64,000 nt of DNA from Geosiphon pyriformis uo1 (GCA_016748015.1 JAAOMT010000690.1:527720-591719), one strand, 5' to 3'; numbered from the stretch's first letter, positions 1-15,112 are shown. A program made the numbers and translations. The notes: generated from the letters alone by a model not told the origin.

Positions 1-1270
1 AGCAGCATGAACTTTGGTCTCGGGATGAAACTCATCATAATAGAAATGACTCCTAGGATCAGAACAAATTTCCACCGCTTTTCCAGATTTTAAAATGATA
101 CAAGCATCCTTGAAATTCAAGCTTGAGTCTTGATTTTTCATGTTAACCTGTAACAATTCCCAAAACTTAGTGATATCAAATGAGTGAACAATAGCGTTTT
201 GATGATCATCTTTGAATTTTTGGGTTTCTTCTTTTAGAAGTCGAGTTTCTGTTGCCGTAACGGATCGTAATTTTTCAAGAAATTCAGCAGGAGAATCTTT
301 GAAATATGGTAACTTGGAGATATCGAAGGTTGTTGGGAGAAGGAAATGTCGGATACCAGCTTGATAAAGTTTTACCCAGGTTAAAACAAGGTGTGCTACC
401 ACATTTCTTGGGTTGGCTTTACAGTCGGTAAATATGTAATCGTTACCGACGAGCCAGACCTGTATTTAATTAAAGATGTGAGAATTCTTCCAAAGAATTC
501 TTGAATTAAAATTTGAGCATAAAGTTTCTTAAAGAAAGACAAAGTATACCACGGCCAAAGTATTATTAAGGTTGGTTCCCCTGGGCACGCTATCCACAAA
601 GTTTTTAGCCTGTTGTTTTAATCCGGGAACCTCGATATCCCAATTTGCTCCTGCTTTTCCTAAAGTTTCATCTTAAAAGTTTTAGGAATTTAAAATCTTT
701 AAAAGCAATTTTTCTTTGAATTTTTTGATTACCTTGACAAAGATCGTTGCTAAATGCAGAAAGAAGTAACGTTTAATCAAAGAAATTGATTTTAATCTAT
801 TTTTTAAAATTCAAAAAATTCAAAAACCAAAAAAAAATTATTAATATTTTTAATCCATACTCTGCAGTTGCACCACCATACGCATAAGAAGTATACGAGA
901 TACCACCAAGCCTTTGGGACAAATACCATGGCCAGAGTGGTCCATTCGAATATCCACCTTTCCAAAATAATTCTATCAATGGCCAGCTGCCTTTTGTCAA
1001 ACGATAAACATTTCCTTCATCTTGGAATATAAAAAAGTTGAGTAGAGTTTAAGTATCAATCGATATTTTAATCTTATAAATTAAAAATTTTCATTATAGC
1101 TAACCAGAATACGAATCACCAAATACTAGCACTCTATCAAACGTTGAATGGTTGAAGAAATTGGGGATTATGAATCCTTTCCTCATTGAAACTTTAACCC
1201 CATTTACCGTTGATAACATGAAAAAAGATAGAAAGGTGAGAACTGTAATTAAATTCACTATTGAATTCAT
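1..1270 (-). CDS. Secreted GDSL/SGNH esterase-lipase (CE16-like), 5 exons seen, 3' end runs off the window
   Basis: ATG at 1270 with a signal-peptide-like N-terminus (MNSIVNLITVLTFLSFFMLSTVNG). GT-AG splicing (1270-1105, 1020-861, 749-733, ~659-550, ~459-1) gives block I VFGDSYSD, SNGPLW, block II YAYGGATA, block III VWLVGNDY and block V YYDEFHP. Confidence 0.92.
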
Positions 1271-2106
1271 CAAAGTTTTTTTCTTGCTCTCAGAAAGGAT
1301 GGACAGGAAATTGGAAAAATTTTTTAATGTTTTTATGAATTTATCCCGATTAGTGGGAAGTATGTCACACACCCCCTCCCTAACCGGTTTATACCATTTA
1401 TGATCCTTGTGTTGTTTGCAGATTAATAAAAATTCCACAAAGATATATGGGGGGGGGGGGTCACAAAATATAACTTTTATTTGAGTTCACCATCAAAAGA
1501 ATGAAGGGCTGTATAAAAAAAATATATATTAAATTTATATTTATTCGTGATAAATTTTCCCGTCACATTCGTAATGAGTTCGAGGGTATAAATAAACACA
1601 CTCTAGACGTTGAATTTTAAAAGATACTGAAATCTGAAAATTAAAGATTCAGAAAAACATTTTTAATAATGTTTCCAATTTCAATGATTTTTTTTGTGCA
1701 TGATTCATGTCTATGTATAAAGTTCAACAGATACTACAGACAACTGCTAAAAATTCTTCAAGAAACATCTACTCCCTGCATCAGAACTCTTTATCATCTC
1801 CCAATTCTTGATCCGATGGATTCAGAATAGCGTTTAAACATGTCAGCATTTTGGAAGATTCGAGGCAATGCTAGCTTTCAATTATCCTCATATATTAATA
1901 AAGAAAAAGTGTTAAAAATAAGTATTAAAGTACTTGTTAATTCTGAAGCCAAAAGTTTTGTTTTCAAGCAGACCCATATTTGGATTTGTCCTTGGCTAGT
2001 GTATATAAAAGGATATAACAGACATGTACCAGAGGCAAAAAGAACAGACAGTGTAACTGAGTTGGTTGTTTCTTTCTCCAAACTTTATTATTTAATAGAA
2101 CCGAAT

Positions 2107-2454
<348 letters not shown>

Positions 2455-4284
2455 GTGGAAGATATATTAAGCATAAATTAATTGAAAAAATAAATCTTAT
2501 ATTATAAAAGAATAAATCTTATTTTTAGTAATAGAAACTGAAATTATGGTAAGTTTAAAAAATTATATTTAAAAAGTAATTGAGGTAAAATTGGATATCT
2601 GCTTTTATTGATTATAACTGAAATATTTTAAAAATTTGTAACACAAATATATTTGAATTTGTATTTTCCAAATTTATTGTTACATTTAATGAAATATTCC
2701 CGTGTTTTAAAAAAAAAGTAATTAACTTAAAAAGCAAGAAATATTATGTATAAAAAAATATTGGTAAATTAAATCGTTAATAGTGAAAGACTATATAAAT
2801 TAAGCTATTAAGAAATAAAAATATAAAAATAATAGCTTCGAAACAAATATATATGCACATATTGAAACTTAGTTTCAATGAATATTAAATGGAAAAAGTT
2901 TCATCAAAGAGTTACAATAATAAATTTAATTTGATACTTTTAATAGCTTTAATTATTTATTTATTTAATAGCAACAAGATTTGTATCCGAGAAATGCTTT
3001 TGTAAACTGATATTTTTCAATGAACTTGGTGGCTTGAATAATAATAGACATAAATAAACATACACTAAATATTTGAAACAAGTTATTAAATATTGTGTTT
3101 TCTTTAGCTTGATGTTTAGGGGAACTAGTTTCATATGGAAACTTTACCAACTTGAGTACAGATTTTATTATGGATAAGAAAAAGGGTATCATTCAAATGT
3201 CTGATATTTGAGCTTCATAATATACATGTTTTATTTTCGTGTAGCTGTCATTTTAGCCAAGGCACAGAGTTAAATCCTTGCAAGTTTTAACGGTAAAAGA
3301 TTACTTCTTACTGGGTAAGAAATTCTTCAAAGTAAATCTAATTAATTTCAAGAAGATACTCAAAGAGTGATTTTAGGGTTTATTCTCTAGAGGCAGATTT
3401 TAAAAATTCAACTAATTTAAATAGTTAAATGTCCAAAAATGATTTTCGCCTCTCCACACACACACTTGTGCATTTCACGATTATCGTACTCGAGTTTATA
3501 AACGTCACTTTTTTTAGGTAGAGAATTTTTTAAGCAAAAAAAACATTTTAAAATATTCATGTATTAAAAAGGAAATTGGACCTTACCAAGTCCGAATATG
3601 TCATACTGTTGATTGGTGGAATGAAAATAGTGTGGCAAGAGATTGACAACCAATCAAATCTTACAAATCAGGGGGCGCTTCTCACCGTTAATCATTTACA
3701 AGCAGCAGTAGCAGCAGCAGCCAAGTACATTTACTGTGAATCAAAAATGGCTCAGTTTAAAAAAGATCGATACCTTTTAAAATCAAAATTTTTTCAATGG
3801 TGAAAATTTTATTTCATTTTTAAAAAAAATGTGCATTATGATGAGTGTTGTTGGATGCAGTTAAGATGAAGATGGTGATGGTGATGGTGATGGTAGTTAA
3901 AAATAAAAGAAAGCTATAATTACAAATTAAAGGTTTTGCCTTTATGGGAAAAACATTGGAAAAATTAAAAATTACAAAATGAAGAGAATAAACGCGATAT
4001 TAATAACCCTTCAACAAAAAAAAATTTCATTTCATTTCATTTCATTTACACTAATAGGAGTAATGAAAACATCAGCGAAACAACAAAGGAAGCGAACAAC
4101 AAGACCAGCTTATTATGCAAACGGATGTGTTTCGTGACTAAAACAAAACAACTAATCCTATCTCATTTAATAAAATACTGGTTTTAAAAATTAATTTCAA
4201 ACATTTTTTGGCATTGTTCTTGAGAAAAACTATTTCAATTTATTACATTGTTCATTTTCATGAGAAAACGGAACTCATCAAAAA

Positions 4285-4986
4285 CTAAATCAATCTCCGA
4301 CCATCAGTACGGAAATAAGCCACCATGAAATAAGCAAAAATCGCAATTACAACCAATGAATTCCATGCACAACGTTTTCCCCATCGTCTCGTTGCTTCCC
4401 CACGTCCAAAGAAACACCAACCCATCCCAATAAACCAGATAGGCCAAATTAAGAATCCCAAGACATATAATTTCTTGGTTATTGGCCATGATTTTAATTC
4501 ATCGAAATCCTCAAAGTTCGATAAAGATTTTGTGGCTGGATACAATGGAGGCATATCAATTGTTGCATGAAGGTAGGAAGGTAACGATTCCGTGGATGAA
4601 GCGTGAGGTGTTGAAGCGGGTAAATGTGCTGGGATAGGAATTGGAATATGGGGATTTTTACTAGTGGCAACATCATATTCTGGTGGTAGACTATGTATTG
4701 ATTGAGTTTTTTGGGATCTTGATAAGAGCGTTGATAGATTGCTCTGGTCAAAATCAATTGAAAAATTTTTAAAATTAAAATCAGATTCTTGTGACAATGA
4801 TTTATTTGATTTTTCTGATGTTGATGATGATGGAGAATAAAGGGATGGTGAGCTAGACGTTATAATTATTTCTGGAACATTTTGAAATTTTTCTTGTCGT
4901 TCTTGAGATGAGAAAGTAGTTGAAGACGAGTCAGTATTATGTTGACTTTGATATTTCGTGAAAAAGTTTGATTTTGTTGAAGACAT
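4285..4986 (-). CDS. Single-exon membrane protein: Ser-rich disordered N-terminus, three PY motifs, two C-terminal hydrophobic helices
   Basis: 233-aa ATG ORF with PPEY, LPSY and PPLY motifs; hydrophobic segments LYVLGFLIWPIWFIGMGW and SLVVIAIFAYFMVAYF. Confidence 0.8.
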   Translation of the reverse strand: MSSTKSNFFTKYQSQHNTDSSSTTFSSQERQEKFQNVPEIIITSSSPSLYSPSSSTSEKSNKSLSQESDFNFKNFSIDFDQSNLSTLLSRSQKTQSIHSLPPEYDVATSKNPHIPIPIPAHLPASTPHASSTESLPSYLHATIDMPPLYPATKSLSNFEDFDELKSWPITKKLYVLGFLIWPIWFIGMGWCFFGRGEATRRWGKRCAWNSLVVIAIFAYFMVAYFRTDGRRLI

Positions 4987-5564
4987 GATAAGTATATGTG
5001 TGTGTGAGTATGTATATAGGTGTGTTTGTTTGTTTGTTTGTTTATTTGTTTGTTTGTTGGATGTAGAAAATGGAAAAAGTAAAATTTGGTTTTTTCCAAA
5101 GATTCAAATTTAATTTATTAAGTAATTGTCAAATTCTCTGGGAAAGACAATTTTTTTGAAAAGGATAAAATAACAAAAAGGGAATAATCGTTGGATTTAA
5201 ATGTGAAGTAGTCTTCTAACTAAGCTATTTTATATATTTGGAATGATGTTTCACATTGCGACAACAACAATAGTTAATCTTTTTATTCTAATTAATTAAG
5301 ATTTTTTAGTATTATAGTTTTTGTTAAGGTAACAAAAAAATTTTATTCGTATCAATAACAACAATAGATTTATGGTAGTAGAATATTCTACTTTGGAGAC
5401 TCAAAAGGGTAATAATGTATATTTTTTTTCCAGTTTTCTGGTACACACATTATTCTTATTATTCTTCTTCTTCTTGGGGAGGAGAAGAAATGGGAACGTT
5501 ACCCAATTAATTTAAAATTATTTCATAGCATTGTTTTTTAAATTTTAAATATATCTTGTATAAC

Positions 5565-5565
<1 letters not shown>

Positions 5566-5636
<71 letters not shown>

Positions 5637-5645
5637 GATAATCAT
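5566..5645. repeat. Compound (GAT)n(TAT)n microsatellite
   Basis: Seen directly in the sequence. Confidence 0.95.
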
Positions 5646-6490
5646 AATGCCAATTGTTATAATTGATTCTACATACAATCATAATCGACTTTTTTTAATT
5701 TTCTATTGTTTTAAGGCCGAGGAAAGAGTGAACAAGAAAATGCTGTATGATGGTGATGCCCACCGAGTGAGAAATTTTAAATGAACAATATTTTTTAACA
5801 TTATATTTATTTTTGTATGATATTATTATAATTATTATTTGGTTATGTATGTGCGTATGCGTTTATGTGTATGCTTCCAATGGGGGGGATGTTTGTGAAA
5901 CATGTAACCAATATTTTTTCTAAAAAAGGATATCAACGCAATAAGATTAAAATGACCAGGGAGAACAATATCAATATACATCTGATTTTTACGGGAACAT
6001 GATAACAGGATTTTTAATTGTACATCTGTGGTTACACTTTTAAGAGTTTGAAGATACATGTATTTTTTTTTTTTTAATCACGAGAAATCAATCAAAAATC
6101 AGCTTTATTAAAATCACAAATTCTTTCGGGGAAATTGATAATCTATAAGCGTTTTTAAATATAATTGTTAAATCTCTCGAAAGTTTCAGATGAAAGTGAA
6201 ATCGAGTAAGAAAATCAAAGCTTTAAATGTGTTGATTCATTTCTTTTTAAAGATTTAAAAATTCAAATTAAATTTAGGCTAGAGAGAGTGAGTGAGTAAG
6301 AGTGAGAGAGATAAAAACGTAGATTTATATAACTTTTTTGAACAATCGTAATATTTTTTTGACAGATATCAATCACAAACAAAAATCAAGATTTTATGCA
6401 AGATTTTTTATTTACATTTTAAAAAGGTAAAAATTGAATTGATAAAAAAATTCTCGTACAAGGTTTATTGAAAATTTTTGAGCATTGTGT

Positions 6491-6529
<39 letters not shown>

Positions 6530-8525
6530 TTTGTTTGTTTAACCAAGATAAAGATTTTAAACAGTCAAATTTACAAACCTTTTTACGAGAACTTTGACAT
6601 ATTTCCATACTTTTATTTTATTATAAGAATAAAAATAGCTTTTGAACGATACTATAAAAAATGGTTGTCAGCTGAATTATTACAATTTTTACTTGATTTA
6701 TGTTACTCAATTGATTAAAGGCTTTATTCAAATGTTTATTAATAGTGGATATTTTAAAAGAATTTTTTTTTTTTTTTTTGCAGTACCAAGTTTGAATATT
6801 AATTCGAATAATCTTTAAATTCGCCTTAATTGAATTTAAATCTTTGTAATAGAGTCAAAGCCAAACCAATCTATCTATTAAATTTTATTATCAATTAGTC
6901 ATTTCAAGATTATTTTTTTATTTTTTTATCCCACGACCTGGAATTGTACCAAGAAGAAAAAACGCTTTCTGCTGAAATTTTTGGGTGGTGGCGTGGTGAT
7001 AACCTTAAAACATTATATGAATGAGTGTTACTATTTATAATCTTGATAATAATCCAGGGTTGACGTTTGATTTTATTTAGGTAATATATGTATTGATACG
7101 GAACATATGATGATCGTACAGGATTAAAGTTTTAGAATTAAAATCTAATACAAACTCACTAACCACTAAACTTTTAGCTTTATACTAATAAATCAATTAA
7201 TAATTATGAAAATAATTATGAAAATGGCACTAATATCTTTACTATAAATAAAGACTACCTCAAAAAGTAAATTATGTGTGTTAAAAAACGATGCCATTAT
7301 GGAAATTAAGAAGTCATATTTTTGTCTTGTTTTGTTTTAGTTTGTTTTGTTTTGGTTTCACTTAAAATTTGAAAATTTTCATCAAAGATGGCGTTCACTT
7401 TTAATAAAGATGATAGTCTCATTTAATCTTGTTGCTATTGTTGTTTTTGTTGTCGTCAAATTAAATAAAAAAAGTTTAACTCCTTTGGCAAAAATATTAA
7501 ATTTTTTTCTAACCCAAAATTTTTAAAAATCCAAAAATAATCGAGAAACAAATTTTCTCTTGTGAAGACCAAGACTTTTTCACGAGTAAATTACTGGATT
7601 GAGATGATCATGATGATCATGATAAAAATGTTGGTTTTTTGGCAAAGATTAACCAACACATGTTAGTTTTTGAACAATTTATTGGATTTCAGGCTATTAT
7701 GCTGGGGAAATGGAAAGTTTTCTGTAGATCCACCTTTCTTTTTTATATATATGCGGTTTTAACTTTGGGAAAGAGAATAATATGAAATTTGTAGTCACCA
7801 CGAGTATTTATAGTTTAAACTCTCATTTTTTTATGGGAAAAAGGTAGTTATTAGATAACTTTTTTTAATTAAAAGGAAGTTGAAAAAATTTGATTTGCCG
7901 AAGGAGGAAAGGTAATCCTTGAAGAAAGGATAACTAATGGTTTTAAAAAATAATTGTTATAGAATTTTCTTCCCTGCGTACGGATATTTCGGAAAAAAGC
8001 ATGCTATTGCAGTTATATCCGGGTTTAAAGCAAGGATTTACAAATCATGAGAATAGGAATTTGTATATGCATGAACATTTATTATTTTATTTAAACACGG
8101 AAAAAAAATAATTTATTATATAAATAATAAACTAATGCCCGTTAAATTTTGGTGGCTAAAAAAAAAATGAAGGCTTTATAAAGAATAATATTTAAAATAA
8201 TAATAATAATAAATTAAAATAATAAATCAAATATTAAATAAAAAAATATAATATTTTTAAAAACCAATTTTTTAATGAATTATTTTTGAATTCAAATTAT
8301 ATTTAAAAATTCTAATTAAAAAAAATAAATTGAAAATATTTTTAATATATATTTTAAGAAAATTCTTTTTGATTAAGTTTCAAATTATATGTATTTTTAA
8401 ATCATTTAAATTAGATCTTAAAATAAGTATTTGCATTATTTTTCTTCTTTCAATATAACGTGATTTTATAGATTAAAACAATATATCTCGATATGAATAA
8501 TTTAAATAAACTAATAAAAATTAAG

Positions 8526-8530
<5 letters not shown>

Positions 8531-8590
<60 letters not shown>

Positions 8591-8635
8591 TAATAATAAA
8601 TAATAATAATAATAGTAATAATATTATTATTATTA
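8531..8635. repeat. (AAT)n microsatellite
   Basis: Seen directly in the sequence. Confidence 0.95.
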
Positions 8636-10933
8636 AACCTCTTTCACTCGCTAGATGTTCTACATCCTTCACAAGATATTAAATAGCTGAAATATAGTCC
8701 TCAGCATAAATTTGTCCCTCCCTTTCGAAATCTAATCCGACTCACTTGAAATCTTGGGGAAACAAGCTGAAAAGATTCACCATATTTTATAAAAATACTA
8801 AATTGTAAAATATCTATGTTTAAAGAATAGAGAAAAATGATCGTCTTTAATCATTATTCTGTATATACTATAGCTGACTAAATTAAACTCGTCTGAAAAC
8901 TATTACGTCAAACGTAGCATTCAAGAACTCTATCTTTAATCTTTTAGAAATCTGATAGTAAAAAGACCCCAACAAGATTCTTTCCTATTATTCTAACCAC
9001 TTTGAAACCCATCCTTCGTACGTCAATTCTAGGGTCTTCAATGTTTCAATTACTGAATCAGGCGACCACTTTTTGTCATAACCGAAACCTACTAATTTGA
9101 GATCTTTATAATCAAGATGTGGAGAACCCTTTTTTTTCAGGTGTAAGATTGAATTCAACCTAATTTTTAATTTTGATTATAATTTGGTTTACATTATCAA
9201 ATCTTGAAAAATAAGTACAGGTCAAAGAAATAATTTTGCTATGAAAAACTTTTGTCAATTTGTAAAAAAAATGATAAAGACAGGTTATAAGAGTTTCTCA
9301 TAAATTCCCCATTCGTATGATGGAAACTTATCGACCGAAAAAGATTTTCCATTTGTGTTTGAAATTTTTCTCATTAAAATATATTTCATTTATAAATCAT
9401 CTGATTTCAAATCTCCGAAATATATTCTTATAAATAGATTGACTTACAAGCTTTTTTCGAGTTTTGTACTCTTATCTAAATTAAAAGAATTTAATCTCAA
9501 AATAATGAAATTTCTACAATGAGAAAGACAAAGTTTTGCTCCATCCATCCATCCATCCATCTGATAGATCCTATTATCGCATCAAAGACTTGATATTAAC
9601 ATTATAGCCATCATAAAATATTTAATATTTAATTTAATTTTAATTATAATTTAGTTTAGCAAGAAACAAAAGCTTACCATAATGGGGCGGTTGAAATAAC
9701 ACTTTAATAGAAATTTTCATTGAATAATCTATTGTTTTAACTAGATCTTGAGTGCTTTTAAATTTTTAAAACGACAAACACACGCATGTCAATTTTGTCA
9801 CAATCTTGAGGTTCATAAGGGCCTTCCCTCTCATCATTCGAAGAGGTTGTTCAAACTGAACAACTGAAGCCATATAGATAAATGATTCAACAGGACATAA
9901 ATCTTCAACTTTACTCGAAATGGATATTTTTCTAGCAACTTTTTTGATTCTTACGAGATAAGAGATGCCCGCTCTAGATCAATATTAGTATAAGAAAACT
10001 TGAGAGATTAGATTACAAAATCCTGATTTTCTTTTAGGTTAGCCCGATTTTTAAAATATTAAAATTATATATGCAACAACATTAAATTTAATGAATTCTA
10101 GCAAATTCTTCTTTTGCTCACATAATATAATGCTTTTCTTTGTATAGATGAAATGCGCGCGCATGATACTTGCATTTTTTTTTTTTGTATGCCAACCTTA
10201 AATCACGGTAGCAGAATTTTTACCGCCAAACAATAACTTTTGTACCCTCCGGGCTATTCCGAATCCCGACGGTTAAACTCGATATTGTTTCCGATCGATT
10301 GAGGGCAAAAAAATTTGCCAATGGGCTTGGAGCAATCCATCATCAGATCGTCGACAATAGTGAGTCGTACAATGCGTATACAACATTTAGGCAACAAGCG
10401 TGATTCAATCCAAATGGAAGGATCTGCATTCGAAAAGCTTCACGCTGATGAATTCTTTGCTTCGAAAAACTGAAAGTTTTTCAAAGATATTTGTTTGAAT
10501 GAAATGTATGCAGGGTCTTCGAGAAGCGTTTGACGTGCAAACTTTCTATAATCAATTATTAATTTGTGATTTATCAAAATGATTTAATGATAATATTGGA
10601 ATCTGTCAATGATTTCAATCCTTCATTGAATGATCAAAATGGTAACACCTAGGATTCCCATTCATTTAATTTCATTCATTCATATTGCTTTTGCTTCAAT
10701 TTCATCATGTCTTTCAAAAACTAACATGGGTTTCATCATTTCTAAAAAGAATTCACCAATTCTTGTAAAGGTGTTTTTTATGAAATTAAGAATTTTTGTT
10801 TAATAAAACCAATGAAAATCATCTATTGTATATAGTAAATGTGCTATTGTGTCAAAATCAAATGAACAAAAATAGAAAATCAAAAAGAACTATGACTAAT
10901 TTGTGCGGGTAACGCAGTTTGTCTGAGTTTATC

Positions 10934-11017
<84 letters not shown>

Positions 11018-11036
11018 TTATTCTTATTCTTCTTAT
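10934..11036. repeat. (TAT)n microsatellite grading into (TTC/TTA)
   Basis: Seen directly in the sequence. Confidence 0.95.
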
Positions 11037-11509
11037 TTTTTTAATTTTCAACAGTTTTTTTTTAGCATGGGAGTTTTACTAATTGTATATAGATTTATTT
11101 TAATGAAAGCTTATTTAAAAAATTAGTGGTCTGCTTTTTCAAAAATCATCTTAACAAAAAAAGTGGTACAGTCCAATTTTGTGACCAAAAACAAACCAAC
11201 AGCGTTTATATATAATATCTCAATCATGCCTTTTTAAGTAGTTCATGAAGGCTGTTCTACACAAAAAGTCAAAAACAAATCTTGATGGAATAAAGTGTCA
11301 AAACAAAAAAGAATTTTAAAAAGAGCTCTCCATATATTAAAAGTTTTGAAAGAGCTTTTCTCGCTACCCAATATCAAATTCAGTTACTTGAAAATGATGT
11401 TATTCTTGTACATATAATAAAACTTGTTGGTGGAATTTGAAAGAACAAATAACTCGTTTTTATATCGTGTAACCTCCCAGTTCTACTTACCAAAATCCAT
11501 CCTTATATA

Positions 11510-12968
11510 ATGGGTAAATGTTATTCAAAAGACAAATTGACACGAATAGATGACACCCACCCAAAATATTCAAACCCAACAACTCCTCATACTACCCAGA
11601 TCTCGAACTCCCCTAGTCAAAATTTTACTTCGGCTTTTCCCCAAACACCGCAGCACAGGTCACGTCTTCAACCACGGCGTTCTACTTCGTCTACCCATTC
11701 ACGTCATGATACAAGAAGTTTACATCAGGGAATAGGTAGTCCTAATTACGAAGTATCCTCTTTGGGTGGAGCAGGAGCGTATCTTATACCTGTATCAGAT
11801 GAAGAAATTGATCGATTACAGATGCAGCATTATTTGTTTCGATATCTATGGCATGGAAATTATTCAGCTCCAGTTGAAAATTGGTTGAAATTAGGTGGTG
11901 CTCAAGTTCTTGATGTCGGGTATGTAGTTTGGGAATGTGTGGGAAATTGTTTGATTTTTCGAAAATGAACTTGTCTCAGGAAATTATATCATTTTTTATT
12001 TTGCATAGATGTGGCCCCGGTTCATGGATTCTTGAAATGGCAACAACATATCAATTGTCTCATTTTACTGGAGTCGACATTTCACCCATATTTCCCAATG
12101 ATATTAAGCCACGAAATGTTACATTTAAAGAAGGAGATATTACAAGAGGTTTAGATTTCCCTGACAATACATTTGATTTTGTAAATATGAGATCTTTGGG
12201 TATGGTCTTTACAGAAAGACAGTGGGAAGAAATTGTATTACCCGAATTAGTTAGGGTTACGAAACCTGGTGGATGGATTGAGCTGGTAAGTTTCAACTAA
12301 AATCTGTTAAAATATCTTTGAGGGTTTCGGAAATTTTAAAGCTCAAAAATATTTTTTTTACACACAAGATGGAAGAAGAGGGGATTTTGGAAAATCAAGG
12401 AATCATGACCGCGCAATTGCAAGAATGCTGTAAGAATGATATCTTGATTGTATTTTGTTTTTTTTGGATTAAAATTAATTTTTAATCTCTTTTCATTTTC
12501 CCAGATCATCACTTTATCAATTCAATAGGAATATATACCAACTTTATGTCACAAAAATTGCCAAGATACATGCAATCGACCAATCAATTTAAAAAAATAT
12601 ATCATAAAGAGACGCAGGTCCCTCTGGGCAAATGGAATGGTAAATTTGGCGAGCTTGTAAGTTATCATTTTAATATTTTTGTCAAATTTTTTAAGTTTCT
12701 GCATTCTCTCAAAGCGTAATGTTTTTTTTTTTTTAAATATAAGGCTATAAAAGATTTCGAATGGAAATATCATCACATAAGACATCATTTAGTTCCATTC
12801 TCGAATATAACAAATGAAGAATACGACCGAATTCTTCAAAACACAATACAAGAAGTTGAAGAATATAAGACTTTTGCAACTAGTTTTCGATTTTTTGGGC
12901 AAAAAATTGGTGACGCTACGCAGGGTTTAGAATCAAAAGATTCTTTGACGTCGCAGCCAAATAAATAA
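11510..12968 (+). CDS. Class I SAM-dependent methyltransferase (LaeA/TAM-like fungal family), 5 exons
   Basis: Exons 11510-11919, 12009-12285, 12369-12429, ~12505-12656, ~12744-12968. Motifs: EEIDRLQMQH, motif I VLDVGCGPG (joined across the intron), GVDIS, FPDNTFDFVNMR, RVTKPGGWIELME, PLGKW. TAA at 12966-12968. Confidence 0.92.
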
Positions 12969-15061
12969 GAAACTTTCATCAAATTCGATATCAGCTGAGA
13001 TGAATAGAAGTGATAAAGATTTATTGATGGGGATAAAGTTGAATGAGAAATTGGATTTAAAGGAGATAAATCGTGAATTATCTAATTTCAGAGATAAAAT
13101 AATTGACGGATCAATGATGAATTTTAATGTATAGATACACTCTACTTTCTTTTTTATAGAAATAACTCAAACAAAAGTATATAATTATTACTATTACTAT
13201 TATAAATATCATTATTACTTTTTGTAAAATTAAGGCTATTTAAATAAGTAACGTCTAATTTTTATATTAGAATCAAGTACAAAATGATACTACTTTCATA
13301 CTAGTGTCGTGTTTTTTGAGATTTAGTAATCAAGAATAACAATGGCTAAAGATAAAATTTTTTGAAAAAAAATAAGAAATTGTAAAAGATATTTAAAAGA
13401 TTTATTTGATTATAATAATTTGGGAAAGCATATTTGTAAAGATAAATATGATATTAAAATTCAAGTTAATGATTCTTTTTTAATGTAAAAACACTCGAAT
13501 CTGAAAGTAAATCTGGATTATTGAACTTGTTGCCTTTTCTAAGTCTATAAAATAATCGAATTCCAAAAGTTTTCCAATGAATCCAGAGCTTTTAAGCTTT
13601 CATGTCAGAGTAAAAAGCAAAAAAAGTTTAAGAACTCTTTTGGAATCGAGCTGAAATTAAATTAATTTCTAAAAAAAAAACTTATTCATGGAATTAATAA
13701 ATAAAATGTTTTTTCAAAAATTGAAATTAGTTAAGATAGTCTAGCATAGTGTAACTAGATTTAAAAAAGTATTTTTAATTTTAAGCAAGTTTATTTACAG
13801 TGATTAGAAAAACCATTGAGGTGCTATATCTCTTTTACTTTATCAAACCTTAAAACCTCTCTTGGAAAACTATTTTAAATTGATACGCAGATAATCTTTT
13901 ATTGGTAAAAATTATTTGTTATCATTTAACGGTATATTAGGTTCCCACGCAGGGACTATTTACATTTACAATTATATTTACATTTGCATTTGCATTTGCA
14001 TACACAATAAAATTGCATTTACATTTACATTTACATATATTAGCCAACTGTTTAATTTTACCTATTTGAAAACCCTCAGCCTAAATAAAATTAAAAATTA
14101 AAAAAAAAAAACTTTTTTTTAATTAATTTCTATAACTTTTGTCAATACTTTGAATTATTTTAACAACTTTTATATTTAATTCATTGTCAATAAAATAAAA
14201 AATTTATTTATTATAAAAAAGTTTGTTCAGAGATTTTAAAACAATTAACTTTTATATATTTATTTACTTGCTAAATTAATAATATTAATAAATTAAATAT
14301 ATAAAAAGCTTATTTTATATATATATATATATATATATTAATTGTATTCAAAAAATTGTATACAAAAATTTATTTCTTTATATTTTTAAAAAATTTAATA
14401 CTTACTTGAAATAGATATTATACATTAACAATAACTTTTGAAAAGAAATTTATTCCTTAATGATAATCATTTTAAATTTTTCATATAAAAATCACTGAAA
14501 GCACTTTAGATTCATTTTATTTTATTTTTAAACCTTTTTATTTAATTAGTCTAGTAATTTTTGTGCTTGTTCGGACTTAATAATATAATCGAGTGATTGA
14601 AAAAAAATCTCCTATTAAAAATGTCCATTAAATATAATAAGCATTTTCAAGCCAAATCTAAATTATCATAAAACTTTATTTATTTATTTTAAAGTTATTG
14701 ATATAAAAGTTTTACTCAAACAATAAATATATATTGTTACCTTTTTCGGTAACAATATAGTCACTGAAAATTTTGTTTATCAAAATATCTACTTAAAACA
14801 TTATTTTTTCTTTGGGAAAATTTTAATTTTCAAATCCATGCTTGATATATGTATATTGCTTAGTAAAGTAGCCATGTCTTAAGAATCAGAATTTGGAAAT
14901 ATCATTATTAATAATCATCTTTGATGGTAGGGGCAAAACATTTTAAGGATAAATGATTAATTTATCTTCTAAAAATGAATTAACTATTTGCTAAAACTTC
15001 CTTTTACAATGCTGCTGTAATTCCGCTAAGGTTCAAATCATTTTTTGTTTAGCAGAATTTA

Positions 15062-15112
15062 CCCCTCCCCCCTCCCCCTTCTCCCTTCTCCCTTCTCCCT
15101 TCTCCCTTCCCC
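15062..15112. repeat. Pyrimidine tract with (CCCTTCT)n heptamer repeat
   Basis: ccccttctcccttctcccttctcccttctcccttcccc seen directly. Confidence 0.85.

Noticed and set aside
10130-10550. CpG-rich patch as a possible ncRNA or gene
   Set aside because: No ORF, tRNA or rRNA fold, or other recognisable motif; likely an ordinary unmethylated upstream region.
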